From Gemmatimonadales bacterium (lineage in GTDB: Bacteria > Gemmatimonadota > Gemmatimonadetes > Gemmatimonadales > GWC2-71-9): a DNA stretch of 62,056 nt. Below are positions 49,816 through 59,767 of the stretch, piece by piece. Every line of letters begins with the position of its first letter. Within the stretch, counting starts at the first letter, position 1. The notes below the pieces were generated by a model that was not told the origin of the DNA, ran no database searches, and worked only from the letters and a program-made list of their open reading frames with translations. The stretch lies in assembly GCA_039915685.1 (NCBI GenBank), contig JBDSMU010000169.1, positions 1 through 62,056 of the forward strand, in the 5' to 3' direction. Position numbers and translations under genes: made by a program.

Positions 49816-51438
49816 GTGAAGCGCGAGATCCTGATTTCCGGCACGCCGCGCGAGACGCGCGTTGCCATTCTCGAGGACGACCGACTCGTCGAGCTCCTCG
49901 TTGACCGCCCGGACCAACGACGTACCGTAGGCGACGTCTACCTGGGGCGAGTGGAGGCTGTGCTGCCTGGGATCCAGGCGGCGTTCGTCGACATCGGCCT
50001 TGAGAAGAGCGCTTTTTTGCACGCCTCGGACCTGCTCGAACCAGAGGACGACGATGATCCGGCCGACCGAGACGACGCGGACGACGAGGAAGCCGAGGAT
50101 TCGGAGGAAGCTGGCGAAGAAGGTCCGGCCCCTTCCGAGCCCAAACGCCGAGGTGAGGGCGGGCGTCGCGAGGTGGGAGCCCGGCGGGCCGTTCCCGACA
50201 TCTCCGAGATCCTGAAAAAGGGCCAGATGATCCCGGTGCAGGTCACCAAGGAGCCGATCTCGACCAAGGGCTGCCGGGTCACAGCGCAAATTTCGCTCGC
50301 CGGTCGATTCCTGGTGTACATGCCCTACGCCTCCAAAGTCGGTATCTCCCGCAAGATCGAGAGCCGCGAGCAGCGGGCGAAGCTCCGTGAAATGGTCTCA
50401 AGGCTGTTGCCGTCCGATGCCGGCGGCCTGATCGTCCGGACCGTTGCCGAGGGGGTCACGGAGGACCACTTCCGCCGCGAGATCGCGACCTTGGTCGACA
50501 CCTGGAGCAAGGTGAAGCGCAAGGAAGGGCAGGGGCGCCGCACGCCGGCGCTGCTCCACCGCGAGGCGTCGCTGACCCGTTCGCTCATTCGCGACGTCTT
50601 CTCCGACAAGGTTGATGCGCTTTGGGTCGACTCAAAGGAGTTGCACCACGAGATTTGCCAGTACCTCGAGATGATCGACCCAGAGCTGATTGAGCGGGTG
50701 CATTTCTACGGCGACAATGCTCCGCTCTTCGACACCTTCCGGGTGGAACAGGAACTTCGCGACCTCTTCAAACCCCGCGTGGATCTGCCGACCGGCGGTT
50801 ACGTGATCATCCAGCCCACCGAGGCGCTGGTCTCGATCGACGTGAACACGGGCCGCTACACTGGCAAGCGCGATCCAGAGAAGACAATCCTCCGCACCAA
50901 CGTTGAGGCTGCCCGCGAGATAGCCCGCCAGATCCGGCTGCGCGACGTCGGTGGCATCATCGTCTGCGACTTCATCGACATGGAGTCGAAAGGAAACCGC
51001 GACCGGGTGCTTCAGGAGCTACGTACCCACCTCGGCCGGGACCGCGCCAGAACCAGAGCGTTCGCCGTCTCCGAACTGGGGCTGATCGAGATGACCCGCC
51101 AGCGGGTCCGGCCTTCGCTCTGGGCGTCGATGACTCGCGAGTGCAACACCTGCCACGGTACCGGCCGAGTGTTTTCGCCCGAGGTGGTGTCTCGCCGACT
51201 CGAGCGGGCGCTCCAGCGGGCCGCGATGGAGAAGAAGGAGCGCCGGCTCGCGATTCGCCTCCACCCCGATGTAGCGCTTTACCTCATTGAGGAAGAGCCG
51301 AAGCTGGTTGCCATGATGGGCCGGCAGGGGAGCATCGAGCTGGAAGTGCGCGACGATCCGATGCTCCGGCTCGACGAGTTCCGTCTCATGAGCCGTCCAG
51401 CAGGGCGAGACGTCACCGAACTGTATGCGGTTGCTTAG
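49816..51438 (+). CDS. Ribonuclease E/G family (Rne/Rng)
   Basis: AAFVDIG, QVTKEPISTKG, SIDVNTG, IRLRDVGGIIVCDFIDM and CNTCHGTG Zn-link. 540 aa. Confidence 0.96.
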   Translation: MKREILISGTPRETRVAILEDDRLVELLVDRPDQRRTVGDVYLGRVEAVLPGIQAAFVDIGLEKSAFLHASDLLEPEDDDDPADRDDADDEEAEDSEEAGEEGPAPSEPKRRGEGGRREVGARRAVPDISEILKKGQMIPVQVTKEPISTKGCRVTAQISLAGRFLVYMPYASKVGISRKIESREQRAKLREMVSRLLPSDAGGLIVRTVAEGVTEDHFRREIATLVDTWSKVKRKEGQGRRTPALLHREASLTRSLIRDVFSDKVDALWVDSKELHHEICQYLEMIDPELIERVHFYGDNAPLFDTFRVEQELRDLFKPRVDLPTGGYVIIQPTEALVSIDVNTGRYTGKRDPEKTILRTNVEAAREIARQIRLRDVGGIIVCDFIDMESKGNRDRVLQELRTHLGRDRARTRAFAVSELGLIEMTRQRVRPSLWASMTRECNTCHGTGRVFSPEVVSRRLERALQRAAMEKKERRLAIRLHPDVALYLIEEEPKLVAMMGRQGSIELEVRDDPMLRLDEFRLMSRPAGRDVTELYAVA

Positions 51439-51514
51439 GTTGGCCCTTGTTTCCCGGCCGGTCCGGCACTATTCTTGGTGGCTGTAGTCCACGGACCACG
51501 ACCAGAAGGGCACT

Positions 51515-51832
51515 ATGTACGCGATTTTCAAGGCATTGGGGAAGCAGTTCCGCGCCGTCAAGGGCGGATCGATTCGTCTGCCATACCAGGAAAAGGCCAT
51601 TGCCGGCGACAAGCTGACCTTCGACGAGGTCCTGCTTACATCGAGCGGTGATGCCATCAAGACCGGTGCGCCGATGGTTTCCGGCGCCTCAGTGGTGGCA
51701 GAGGTCGTGGGTCACGGCAAGGAAGACAAGATTTACGTGTTCAAGTTCAAGCGCAGGAAAGGTTATCGGCGCAAGACCGGGCATCGGCAGAAGTACACCG
51801 AAGTCCGCATCACCGACGTTGTCCTCGGATAA
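51515..51832 (+). CDS. rplU: 50S ribosomal protein L21
   Basis: MYAI...GKQF and [16 protein letters not shown]. Confidence 0.98.
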   Translation: MYAIFKALGKQFRAVKGGSIRLPYQEKAIAGDKLTFDEVLLTSSGDAIKTGAPMVSGASVVAEVVGHGKEDKIYVFKFKRRKGYRRKTGHRQKYTEVRITDVVLG

Positions 51833-51840
51833 GGTAAGTC

Positions 51841-52110
51841 ATGGCACATAAAAAGGGCGTCGGCTCCAGCCGCAATGGTCGCGATTCCAATCCGCAATAT
51901 CTCGGCGTCAAGCATTTTGGTGGCGAGCGGGTCACGGCGGGCAGCATACTTGTGAAGCAGCGTGGCACCAAGTTCCATCCGGGGCGCAATGTGTTTCGCG
52001 CGAAGGATGACTCGCTGCACACCTACATCGATGGCGTGGTGAAGTTCGAGCGCAAGGATCGCGATCGCCTCCGCATCTCGGTGTATCCGCAGGAAACCGT
52101 GACGGCCTGA
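51841..52110 (+). CDS. rpmA: 50S ribosomal protein L27
   Basis: [24 protein letters not shown]. Confidence 0.98.
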   Translation: MAHKKGVGSSRNGRDSNPQYLGVKHFGGERVTAGSILVKQRGTKFHPGRNVFRAKDDSLHTYIDGVVKFERKDRDRLRISVYPQETVTA

Positions 52111-52135
52111 GGCCGCATGGGATCGCAATACCCCG

Positions 52136-52165
52136 GGGGGCGCCGCAATGCGGTGCCCCCTTTGT
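52136..52165 (+). terminator. Intrinsic terminator after rpmA
   Basis: GGGGGCGCCGC-AAT-GCGGTGCCCCC followed by TTTGT. Confidence 0.75.
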
Positions 52166-52172
52166 CCGTCCG

Positions 52173-52868
52173 TCAGCCGACGGCAGCACGAAGGCGTTCC
52201 GGCCAGTTGCTGCAGAGTCCCGAGACGCCGACCTGCATCAGCCTTTCCGCATCGCGCTGGCTGTTCACCGTCCAAGCGATCACCCGGCCACCCACGCTAT
52301 CGACCGCCCCGACCAGCTCGGCATCGATGAGGTGGTGCTCCTGCCAGAGTGTCATGGCGCCGGTGTCGCGCAGCGCGGCGACGGGGTCGATCGGATACGA
52401 TGCCGACAGCGCGCCGAGTGACAGGCCAGGCCGAAGTGCGGCCAGTCGTGCGATGATCCGATGGTCGAAGGCGTGCACATGCAGGTTGCCGGGTACCGGC
52501 GAGGCATCGATCATCGCAAGCAACGACGCATCTGAAGTGGGTGGCAGCGACTTCGCCTCTATGAAAATCTGGATGGAGGCGCCGTACCGGGCCACGACCT
52601 GGTCGAGTAACGGCGGGGTTGAATCGTCGGCGAGCGCGCTGTCGAGCACTTGGGCCCGCAGTGCACGGCCGATCACGAGTCCGCCGCGCAGGACCGGATC
52701 GTGGTGGACCACTAACGCGCCGTCCGCCGTCGCATGAACGTCGATCTCGATCCCGTCACAACCCATGTCCACGGCCAGTCCGATCGCGTGCCATGAGTTC
52801 TCGACGGCGTGGCCCGAAGCACCGCGGTGGGCGATGACCAGGGGCGGCTGCCGAGAGAAATTGTTCAT
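52173..52868 (-). CDS. Glycerophosphodiester phosphodiesterase
   Basis: IAHRGAS..VENS, IEIDVH.TADG, VHHD and AWTVN. Confidence 0.93.
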   Translation of the reverse strand: MNNFSRQPPLVIAHRGASGHAVENSWHAIGLAVDMGCDGIEIDVHATADGALVVHHDPVLRGGLVIGRALRAQVLDSALADDSTPPLLDQVVARYGASIQIFIEAKSLPPTSDASLLAMIDASPVPGNLHVHAFDHRIIARLAALRPGLSLGALSASYPIDPVAALRDTGAMTLWQEHHLIDAELVGAVDSVGGRVIAWTVNSQRDAERLMQVGVSGLCSNWPERLRAAVG

Positions 52869-52944
52869 GGTAACTCCCTGCGGGTGCTAGGTGAGCGTTC
52901 GCCCGTCGTCTTAACATCAACACCACAATTCCGTCACCGGAGCA

Positions 52945-53490
52945 ATGGCCGCCATCGCGTTCGATCTCTCTTCTGACGACGATCTCGTCGCCGCGTGGCA
53001 ACGGGGCGACGAACTGGCGGCCTCTGAACTCGTGCAGCGGCACGCGCCTGCGCTCGGACGCTACCTCGTTGCGCTCGGCGCCGCCACCAGTGATGTCGAA
53101 GACATCCTTCAGGACGCGTTCTTCAAGGCCTTCCGTCGGGTCGAGACCTGGAGTGGCGACGGCAGTTTCCGTGGGTGGCTCTTCCGGATCGGTGCCAATG
53201 TGCTCCGCGACCGATTCCGTGGGGGGAGAGGCCGGACCGTGCTTTCGCTGGACGGGCATGATGTGGCGCACCACGACGACCCGGCGGCGGAACTCGCGGC
53301 TTCAGATGTCGAGGCCCGGCTGGCTGCGGCGTTGCTCCGCTTGCCGCCGATGCAGCGAGCCGTTTTCCTGCTTCGAGCCCAGCAGGGCATGGACTATATC
53401 GAGACGGCTCGCGCAGCTGGCACAACACCCGGTGCGGCTCGCGTCCACTATCACCACGCAGTACGGCAGCTCAAGGAGTGGATCCAATGA
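52945..53490 (+). CDS. ECF-type RNA polymerase sigma factor
   Basis: sigma2 (DILQDAF.KAF, FRGWLFRI) and sigma4 (LPPMQRAVFLLR). 181 aa. Confidence 0.93.
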   Translation: MAAIAFDLSSDDDLVAAWQRGDELAASELVQRHAPALGRYLVALGAATSDVEDILQDAFFKAFRRVETWSGDGSFRGWLFRIGANVLRDRFRGGRGRTVLSLDGHDVAHHDDPAAELAASDVEARLAAALLRLPPMQRAVFLLRAQQGMDYIETARAAGTTPGAARVHYHHAVRQLKEWIQ

Positions 53491-54005
53491 ATCAATGCGA
53501 ACGGATGCGCGATGCGATGGTTGATGTGGCCGGACACCGCGCCGGGTGGACAGACCAGGAAGCCGCTCACCTGGCGCAGTGCGAAGAGTGCCGTGCGGGG
53601 TGGATGGTGATCAGCGCGGCGGCAGTGATCGGTCGCACGCTGGTGATCGATGGCTCCCGGGTCGCCGGCGCGGTGCGCCAGCGGCTAGTCAGCGCCCCAG
53701 CGATCGTGACTCGCAATCGCTGGGCGCGAATCGCCGTGGGTTTGGCGGCCGCCACCCTGATCAGTGTCGGGCTCACCTCGGATGCCTTGGTCACGACGGC
53801 ACGTCCCGACGAGGCCGGTGCCGTCGGGACGGCGGCTGCAATGTTCCCGGAGCTCGAGGCGCTCAGCGAGCCTCAGCTTGAAGTAATTCTCGCTACCGTG
53901 GCGGATCCGGATTCGGTGCTTCACGACGGCGCCGCACTTCCGCGACTTGGTGACCTGAACGACAAACAACTCGAGGAACTGATTCTCTCGGTGGAGGGCG
54001 AATGA
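53487..54005 (+). CDS. Putative ZAS-type membrane anti-sigma factor
   Basis: HLAQCEEC (HxxxCxxC) and one TM helix. Coupled to the sigma gene. Confidence 0.8.
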   Translation: MNQCERMRDAMVDVAGHRAGWTDQEAAHLAQCEECRAGWMVISAAAVIGRTLVIDGSRVAGAVRQRLVSAPAIVTRNRWARIAVGLAAATLISVGLTSDALVTTARPDEAGAVGTAAAMFPELEALSEPQLEVILATVADPDSVLHDGAALPRLGDLNDKQLEELILSVEGE

Positions 54006-54499
54006 TGCGGGTAACAATCTGTGCCGTGATCCTGCTCGCGGTTGCTGTGCTGCCGGCTCAGGCCCAGCAGCAACCGCGCATGAGCCAGCGAGCACCGATG
54101 CTGCGCGCCCGCGTCGAGGAGGCCTTCCTCCGCCGCGCCCGTCAGGAGATGGCGCTGAACGATGACCAGGCGCAACGCCTCGGACGGGTGTTGGAAGCGT
54201 CGGGAACACGGCGCGCCGACCTCGACGATGCTGATCGCTTGGCGCGGAAAGCGCTGATGTCCCAATTGCGCCCCGGCATCGGGGCCAACGCCGACAGCGT
54301 GGTCCGCCTGGTCGACGCGATCACCGCGAATCGGGTTGCGCATGCCGAGACCTTCCGCAGTGAGATGCGGGAACTCAACGACATCCTCTCACCGGTGCAA
54401 CGGGGACAGTTTCTCCTACTTCGCGATCGCATGCTGAATCAGGTACGCACCATGCTCAATAACCCCGAGCCGACAGCGGGTCGGCCGCGAGTGCCCTGA
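54002..54499 (+). CDS. Periplasmic Spy/CpxP/ZraP-like helical protein
   Basis: Signal peptide (AQA) and two LxxxQ motifs (LNDDQ, LSPVQ). Confidence 0.7.
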   Translation: MMRVTICAVILLAVAVLPAQAQQQPRMSQRAPMLRARVEEAFLRRARQEMALNDDQAQRLGRVLEASGTRRADLDDADRLARKALMSQLRPGIGANADSVVRLVDAITANRVAHAETFRSEMRELNDILSPVQRGQFLLLRDRMLNQVRTMLNNPEPTAGRPRVP

Positions 54500-54624
54500 G
54501 CGGCCGCCTGGCGATCCGGATTGGCCCAGAAAACCTCGCGGGGCATGGGCCTGAACAGTTCGTGCCCCACTCGCGCTTGCCGGAGCGGCACGGGGAGCCC
54601 ATTCTTCCGCGCGACAGGACACCC

Positions 54625-54708
54625 GCCGGGGTGGCGAAACTGGTAGACGCGAACGACTCAAAATCGTTTGCCGGCAACGGCTTGCGGGTTCGAATCCCGC
54701 CCTCGGCA
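54625..54708 (+). tRNA. tRNA-Leu(CAA), CCA not encoded
   Basis: Acceptor GCCGGGG/CCTCGGC, anticodon arm AACGA-CTCAAAA-TCGTT, long variable arm and GTTCGAATCC T-loop. Confidence 0.96.
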
Positions 54709-54776
54709 TGGCTGGCGCGGCCGCGACGGCGCGAGCACCATAACGCTTGAATCTCCCTCATTCCACCGGGACCGCC

Positions 54777-56252
54777 ATGGGGCTCTCCGTCGTTTGCCGC
54801 TCAATGCCAGTCGTCGAGATCGAAACTCCCCTGCTCATCATCCCCGTGCGAAAAGGTTCCATGCCTGCCGATCTCGCACCGCTCGACGCAGCGTGCGACG
54901 GGGCGCTGGCGCGGTGTTGGGCAGCCAGCGATTTCAGCGGCAAGAAGAACGAGACCGCACTGATTTACCCAGCCGGCAAAGCACAGCGGATCCTGCTGGT
55001 GGGCCTCGATGCGGAGCCGGATGCGGGATCCGTTCGCCGCGCCGCGATGATCGCTGGGAAGCGGGCACGTACGCTGTGCGTGGCGTCGGCGGTAGTCTTC
55101 TGGATGGCCGACAATACGAATCTGTCGGCGGATAGGGCCGGTCAGGCGCTCGCCGAGGGGCTGCCCTACGGTGCGTGGCACTATCCAGACCTGAAGCGCC
55201 CCGTTGACGATCCGAAGCCCCCGTTCGAGAATGCGGAGATCGTCACGGCGGCCGACGACGCCGACTTTTGCCTCGGCGTCGACCGCGGTAACGCCATCGC
55301 CGCCGGTCAGTCATACACACGCCGCCTTCAGATGCTCCCGGGCAATACCTGCACGCCCGAGTACCTCGGGGACCGTGCCCGTGACCTGGCTACGCAACAT
55401 GGATTTACGGTGACGGTGATGGACCGGGCGGCGATTGAGGCCGAGGGCATGCACGCCCTGCTCGCCGTCGGAAAGGGCAGTGCGCTTGAACCCCGATTCA
55501 TTGTCCTGGAGTACAAGGGAAGCTCGGACGCTCCGGTGGTTCTGGTCGGCAAGGGGGTCACGTTCGACACCGGTGGTATCTCGATCAAGCCGGCACCGTC
55601 GATGGAAGATATGAAGTACGACATGTCGGGGGCCGCCGCCGTCCTCGGCACATTCGAGACGCTCGGCCACCTCAAGCCGAAGGTGCACGTCGTGGGACTG
55701 GTGCCATCGGCGGAAAACATGCCGTCGAGCACCGCCTACAAGCCGGGCGATGTCGTGAACTCGCATTTCGGCAAGACGATCGAAGTGCAGAACACCGATG
55801 CAGAGGGGCGGCTGATCCTTTGCGACGCGCTGTCATGGGCCCGGCGGCTCAACCCCGCTGCGGTCGTCGACTGCGCGACACTCACGGGAGCCGTCGTGAT
55901 CGGCCTCGGTCACACCGCCACCGCCGTGATGGGCACTGACGCACCGTTGATTCGCGCACTGATCGACGCAGGGGAGACCGCCGGCGAGCGGCTATGGGAA
56001 CTACCGCTGTGGGATGACTATCGCGACCTGATCAAGTCTGACATCGCCGACGTGAAAAACACCGGTGGACGGCCGGCAGGCAGCATTACCGCGGGATGGT
56101 TTCTCCGTGAGTTCGTCGAGGGCTATCCGTGGGCGCACCTCGACATCGCAGGCACGGCGTACACCGATCGGGAATCCCCGATGCAGGTGCGCGGCCCGAC
56201 CGGCGTGCTGGTCCGCCTCTTTTCCGAGTTCCTGCTCGCGCGCAGCGCCTGA
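54777..56252 (+). CDS. pepA: Leucyl aminopeptidase (M17)
   Basis: VGKGVTFDTGG, MKYDMSG, NTDAEGRL and HLDIAGT. Confidence 0.96.
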   Translation: MGLSVVCRSMPVVEIETPLLIIPVRKGSMPADLAPLDAACDGALARCWAASDFSGKKNETALIYPAGKAQRILLVGLDAEPDAGSVRRAAMIAGKRARTLCVASAVVFWMADNTNLSADRAGQALAEGLPYGAWHYPDLKRPVDDPKPPFENAEIVTAADDADFCLGVDRGNAIAAGQSYTRRLQMLPGNTCTPEYLGDRARDLATQHGFTVTVMDRAAIEAEGMHALLAVGKGSALEPRFIVLEYKGSSDAPVVLVGKGVTFDTGGISIKPAPSMEDMKYDMSGAAAVLGTFETLGHLKPKVHVVGLVPSAENMPSSTAYKPGDVVNSHFGKTIEVQNTDAEGRLILCDALSWARRLNPAAVVDCATLTGAVVIGLGHTATAVMGTDAPLIRALIDAGETAGERLWELPLWDDYRDLIKSDIADVKNTGGRPAGSITAGWFLREFVEGYPWAHLDIAGTAYTDRESPMQVRGPTGVLVRLFSEFLLARSA

Positions 56253-56254
56253 TC

Positions 56255-58138
56255 ATGCGTTTGCCCCGCGCCGCATTCGCGCTGGGCGCTCTACTGTGCC
56301 TCGTCGCCCGCGCGTCGGCGCAGGACCGGAGCCCACCGGCCGATTCCGCGCGCGCGGACACGCTTCGGACAAAGCCCGACACGATGTCGTCGACGGATCG
56401 GCTCCTTGAAGTCGAGAAGCAGCGGCGCGTGCAACTCACACCGATGCCGCAGGTCGGCATCGACGGCCTGTTGCCCGCGACCTCGCGCATCGTGCTCACC
56501 CGCGACTCCCTCGACTGGGCTGCTGCCCGCACGCTGGGCGACCTGCTCGACCGTGTCCCCGGTGTGTTCCTCTGGCGCGGCGGTTGGCTCGGCCGGGTCG
56601 AGCAGCCCAATTATCTCGGCCGCGGCGCGGCGTCCGCCGAGTACTTCCTCGACGGAATGCCCTACCTCCCGCTCGGCCCAGACAGTGTCACCGTGGATGC
56701 AGCCCTGCCTGCGCTGTCGCTCCTCGAGCGGGTCGAGGTCGAACGCTCGCCGGTCGGCTTGATCGTACATCTGTTCACCCGCCGCCACGATCGTCAGGCG
56801 CCCCGAACGCGCATCGGCGTGTCGTCGGGCGACCGCGCCCTCGCGACATACCTTGCCGCGCTTGAGCGCCGCTACCCAAGTGGAATCGGGTTGAGCGTTG
56901 GCGCCGAGTACTTCGGCGTGAACGCACCGCAGGGCGGCAGTGGGGCGGCCAACGTCACCAACGGATGGGTGCAGTTCGGATGGATCCCGTCACCACGGTT
57001 CGGCGTGCAGGTACAGGGCGTTATTACGGCGGCAGACCGCGACAGTCTTTTCAGCAGTGGCGATGAGTCCACTCGGAGCCTCGCAAGTCCCGCCATCCGG
57101 GGCACGCGCACCGACCTGCAGCTGCGCGGGATGTGGCGCAAACGGAATGACGGCCTCGGCCTCGGCGCTGACGCATTGATCGGGCGGGCTCGGTGGAACA
57201 GCACCGACGACCCGGTCGTGATTCCCGGTGATGGCGGGTCGATTCCCGACTCGGTCATCACGCCGCCCTCGCACGACATCGGGATATTCGGTGCGATCCT
57301 CGCCTGGCGCCAGCCGTCCTGGTCAGCAACGCTGCGGGCCTTTCACCAGACCGAATGGACGCCGCTCGATGCGCGGCTCTCGGTTGGATGGAGCCCGCAG
57401 GCGTGGGTTACGGGATCAGTCGGTTACATAGTGCAGCAGCATGACGACGATCGCACGAGCGGGTGGACAACGGCACGCCTTGGCGTTGTGGTGCCGCTGC
57501 TGCAGGTCGCTGTCACCGGCACGGTGGCGTCCGGCCATCGAGTGGCCTCGCCGATGATCAGCGCCGACCCCGAACAGCGTTTCACTGACATGCAGGTCAC
57601 CGCCGCGTTCGAGCGCAGCCGCTTGGCGCTCGAGGCGAGTTGGCTCAGGACCGACGGTTGGCAGCCGCGCGCGTTCTCGCAGTTCCTGCGGGTGCCGTCG
57701 TTAACTACCGTTGACGATGTGGAATGGGCGGTTGCGCGCGCGCGGCTGGCCGCACTCCGCTGGCTCACTCTCGAGTCACGGTACGAACATCCGATCCGGT
57801 TGGGCAGCCCCGACGGCTCTCCGCCGCACCACGCGCTCACGAGTGCCACAGTCCGCTCGAAGTTCCTGCGGAATTTCCCCTCGGGCATCTTCGATCTCAA
57901 GGCACAGGTCCTGGTTGAGAGCTGGAGTCCGGGCGTTGTGGGACGGGACGCGGAGGGCGAGCCGATCCCGATGCCTGGACGAACGTTCGTGCGCGGGATT
58001 TTGCAACTTCAGATCGGCCCATTCCTCGCCTACTACGACCGGGTGAACTTTCAGGCCAATCGCGCGGGCAATATCCCCGGGTATCCGTTCCCCACGGTGG
58101 CTTCAAGCTTCGGGATCCGGTGGGAGTTCGCAAACTGA
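56255..58138 (+). CDS. Outer-membrane beta-barrel protein with a TonB-receptor-like plug domain
   Basis: Signal peptide, TRDSLD..AARTLGDLLDRVPGV plug, LERVEV, and C-terminal FGIRWEF beta-signal. Confidence 0.78.
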   Translation: MRLPRAAFALGALLCLVARASAQDRSPPADSARADTLRTKPDTMSSTDRLLEVEKQRRVQLTPMPQVGIDGLLPATSRIVLTRDSLDWAAARTLGDLLDRVPGVFLWRGGWLGRVEQPNYLGRGAASAEYFLDGMPYLPLGPDSVTVDAALPALSLLERVEVERSPVGLIVHLFTRRHDRQAPRTRIGVSSGDRALATYLAALERRYPSGIGLSVGAEYFGVNAPQGGSGAANVTNGWVQFGWIPSPRFGVQVQGVITAADRDSLFSSGDESTRSLASPAIRGTRTDLQLRGMWRKRNDGLGLGADALIGRARWNSTDDPVVIPGDGGSIPDSVITPPSHDIGIFGAILAWRQPSWSATLRAFHQTEWTPLDARLSVGWSPQAWVTGSVGYIVQQHDDDRTSGWTTARLGVVVPLLQVAVTGTVASGHRVASPMISADPEQRFTDMQVTAAFERSRLALEASWLRTDGWQPRAFSQFLRVPSLTTVDDVEWAVARARLAALRWLTLESRYEHPIRLGSPDGSPPHHALTSATVRSKFLRNFPSGIFDLKAQVLVESWSPGVVGRDAEGEPIPMPGRTFVRGILQLQIGPFLAYYDRVNFQANRAGNIPGYPFPTVASSFGIRWEFAN

Positions 58139-58223
58139 CCCGATGCGCCGGTGGACCCATCTGTGGGCGCCATGGTGACCGAATTCGGCTATATTTCAGG
58201 GCTACCCAGCGACCGGGGTTGTC

Positions 58224-59105
58224 GTGGTCCTGAGCATGACCGGATTTGGTGCCGCCGAGGGCGACCTCGGCACCAGGCGGGTCAGGGTCGAGATCCGGAC
58301 GGTGAACCACCGGTATTTCAACCTTTCGATCCGTCTTCCCGCGGAACTCGGGTCGCTGGAGACGGAGTGCCGCGAGGCGTTGCGCCGTGACTTCGAGAGG
58401 GGCCACCTGTCGGTGTCGGTCCGGTGGACCGAGAGTGCAATCGCGGGAACCGCCAGTGAGCAGGTCGACTGGGAGCGAGCCGGCGAGATCGTGGAGATGC
58501 TTCGCGCGGTTCAGAAACGTTTTGGCCTTGCGGGCAATGTGACGGCAGAAATGGTGATGCGGCACGCCGATGTGTTGCGCCGTACCGTCGAGGAAGCCGC
58601 GCCCGACGATGCCTGGGCGCAGCTGGCGCCGATCGTCGCTGCTGCCGCGATGGAGTGCCGAGCAGCCCGTCTGCGTGAGGGTGCGGTGCTGGCCGCCGAT
58701 CTTGGCGCGCGGCTCGACGGTGTGGACGCAGGATCGGCGCGAGTCGAGCAGCAAATGGGTGGACGGTTGGTCCGTGAGCGCGATCGACTGCGCGCCAACA
58801 TCGAGCAGTTGATTGACGGTCGATCCGTCGACGACCAACGGTTGGCGCACGAACTCGCGATGATGGCTGATCGCGTCGATATTGCCGAGGAACTGGTTCG
58901 GTTGAGTGCGCACGTCGCGGCGGCGCGGGATGCACTGACGCGCGGCGGTCCGGTCGGCAAGGCGCTCGGCTTTCTCGCCCAGGAAATTGGGCGCGAGGTC
59001 AATACAATCGGCTCGAAGGCCAACGACGCGACGATCGCGCATCACGTCGTGGACATGAAGGGCGAGCTGGAGAAGTTTCGCGAACAATTGGAGAATGTCG
59101 AGTGA
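58224..59105 (+). CDS. yicC: YicC/YloC family endoribonuclease
   Basis: SMTGFG, RTVNHRY, DIAEELVRL, QEIGREVNTIGSK and REQLENVE. Confidence 0.95.
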   Translation: MVLSMTGFGAAEGDLGTRRVRVEIRTVNHRYFNLSIRLPAELGSLETECREALRRDFERGHLSVSVRWTESAIAGTASEQVDWERAGEIVEMLRAVQKRFGLAGNVTAEMVMRHADVLRRTVEEAAPDDAWAQLAPIVAAAAMECRAARLREGAVLAADLGARLDGVDAGSARVEQQMGGRLVRERDRLRANIEQLIDGRSVDDQRLAHELAMMADRVDIAEELVRLSAHVAAARDALTRGGPVGKALGFLAQEIGREVNTIGSKANDATIAHHVVDMKGELEKFREQLENVE

Positions 59106-59737
59106 CGCCGCTGGTGGTGGTGCTGTCATCGCCTTCGGGTGGCGGCAAGTCGTCGATCACTCGGCGACTGCTGGTCGAGCGGGCCGACGCGGGATACTCG
59201 GTGTCAGCGACGACGCGGGGGCCCCGACCGGGCGAGGTAGCGGGCGAGGCCTACCATTTCCTGTCGGCCGACGAGTTTGCCCGACGGGTGGAGGCGGGCG
59301 AGTTCCTCGAGCACGCGACGTACAATGGGCAGTCGTACGGATCGCTGGTGGAGGAGGTGCGGGCCGTCACCCGGTCCGGCCGGCACGTGTTGCTCGACAT
59401 TGAGGTGGTCGGGGCGCGGCTCATTCGCGAGCGGTTCCCGGATGCGGTGCTGATCTTCGTGGTGCCGCCCAACGGCGCCGTGCTGGCCGAACGGTTGCGC
59501 GGGCGAGGCACCGAGTCGCCTGCGGTGGTGCGAGCCCGGCTCGAGCGGGCGTTGCATGAGCTCGACGCGGCACCGGGATACGATTACGTCGTGGTGAACG
59601 ACGACCTCGACGACGCAGTGCGCGCCGTCCATGCAATTATCGATGCCGAGTCACGGCGCACCAGCAGGCAGCGGGACACAAACGTATTACTCGATCGATT
59701 GCGATCCGAGATCAGCGCGGAACTCGCGCGGGATTGA
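59102..59737 (+). CDS. gmk: Guanylate kinase
   Basis: SSPSGGGKSS, SATTR.PRPGE and RLRGRGTES. Confidence 0.96.
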   Translation: MTPLVVVLSSPSGGGKSSITRRLLVERADAGYSVSATTRGPRPGEVAGEAYHFLSADEFARRVEAGEFLEHATYNGQSYGSLVEEVRAVTRSGRHVLLDIEVVGARLIRERFPDAVLIFVVPPNGAVLAERLRGRGTESPAVVRARLERALHELDAAPGYDYVVVNDDLDDAVRAVHAIIDAESRRTSRQRDTNVLLDRLRSEISAELARD

Positions 59738-59767
59738 TTCAGGCAGTACTCACACGCAGGGGGAAGC

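Noticed and set aside
49490-49819. 109-aa ORF overlapping the rne start (GTGA) as a leader peptide
   Set aside because: It has low-complexity Pro/Arg/Gly composition, no RBS, and runs through the hairpin region. Other frames give similar spurious ORFs. Not formally excluded.
54625-54780. tRNA-Leu as an integration site for an island
   Set aside because: There is no integrase and no duplicated tRNA 3' end, and the flanking genes are housekeeping.
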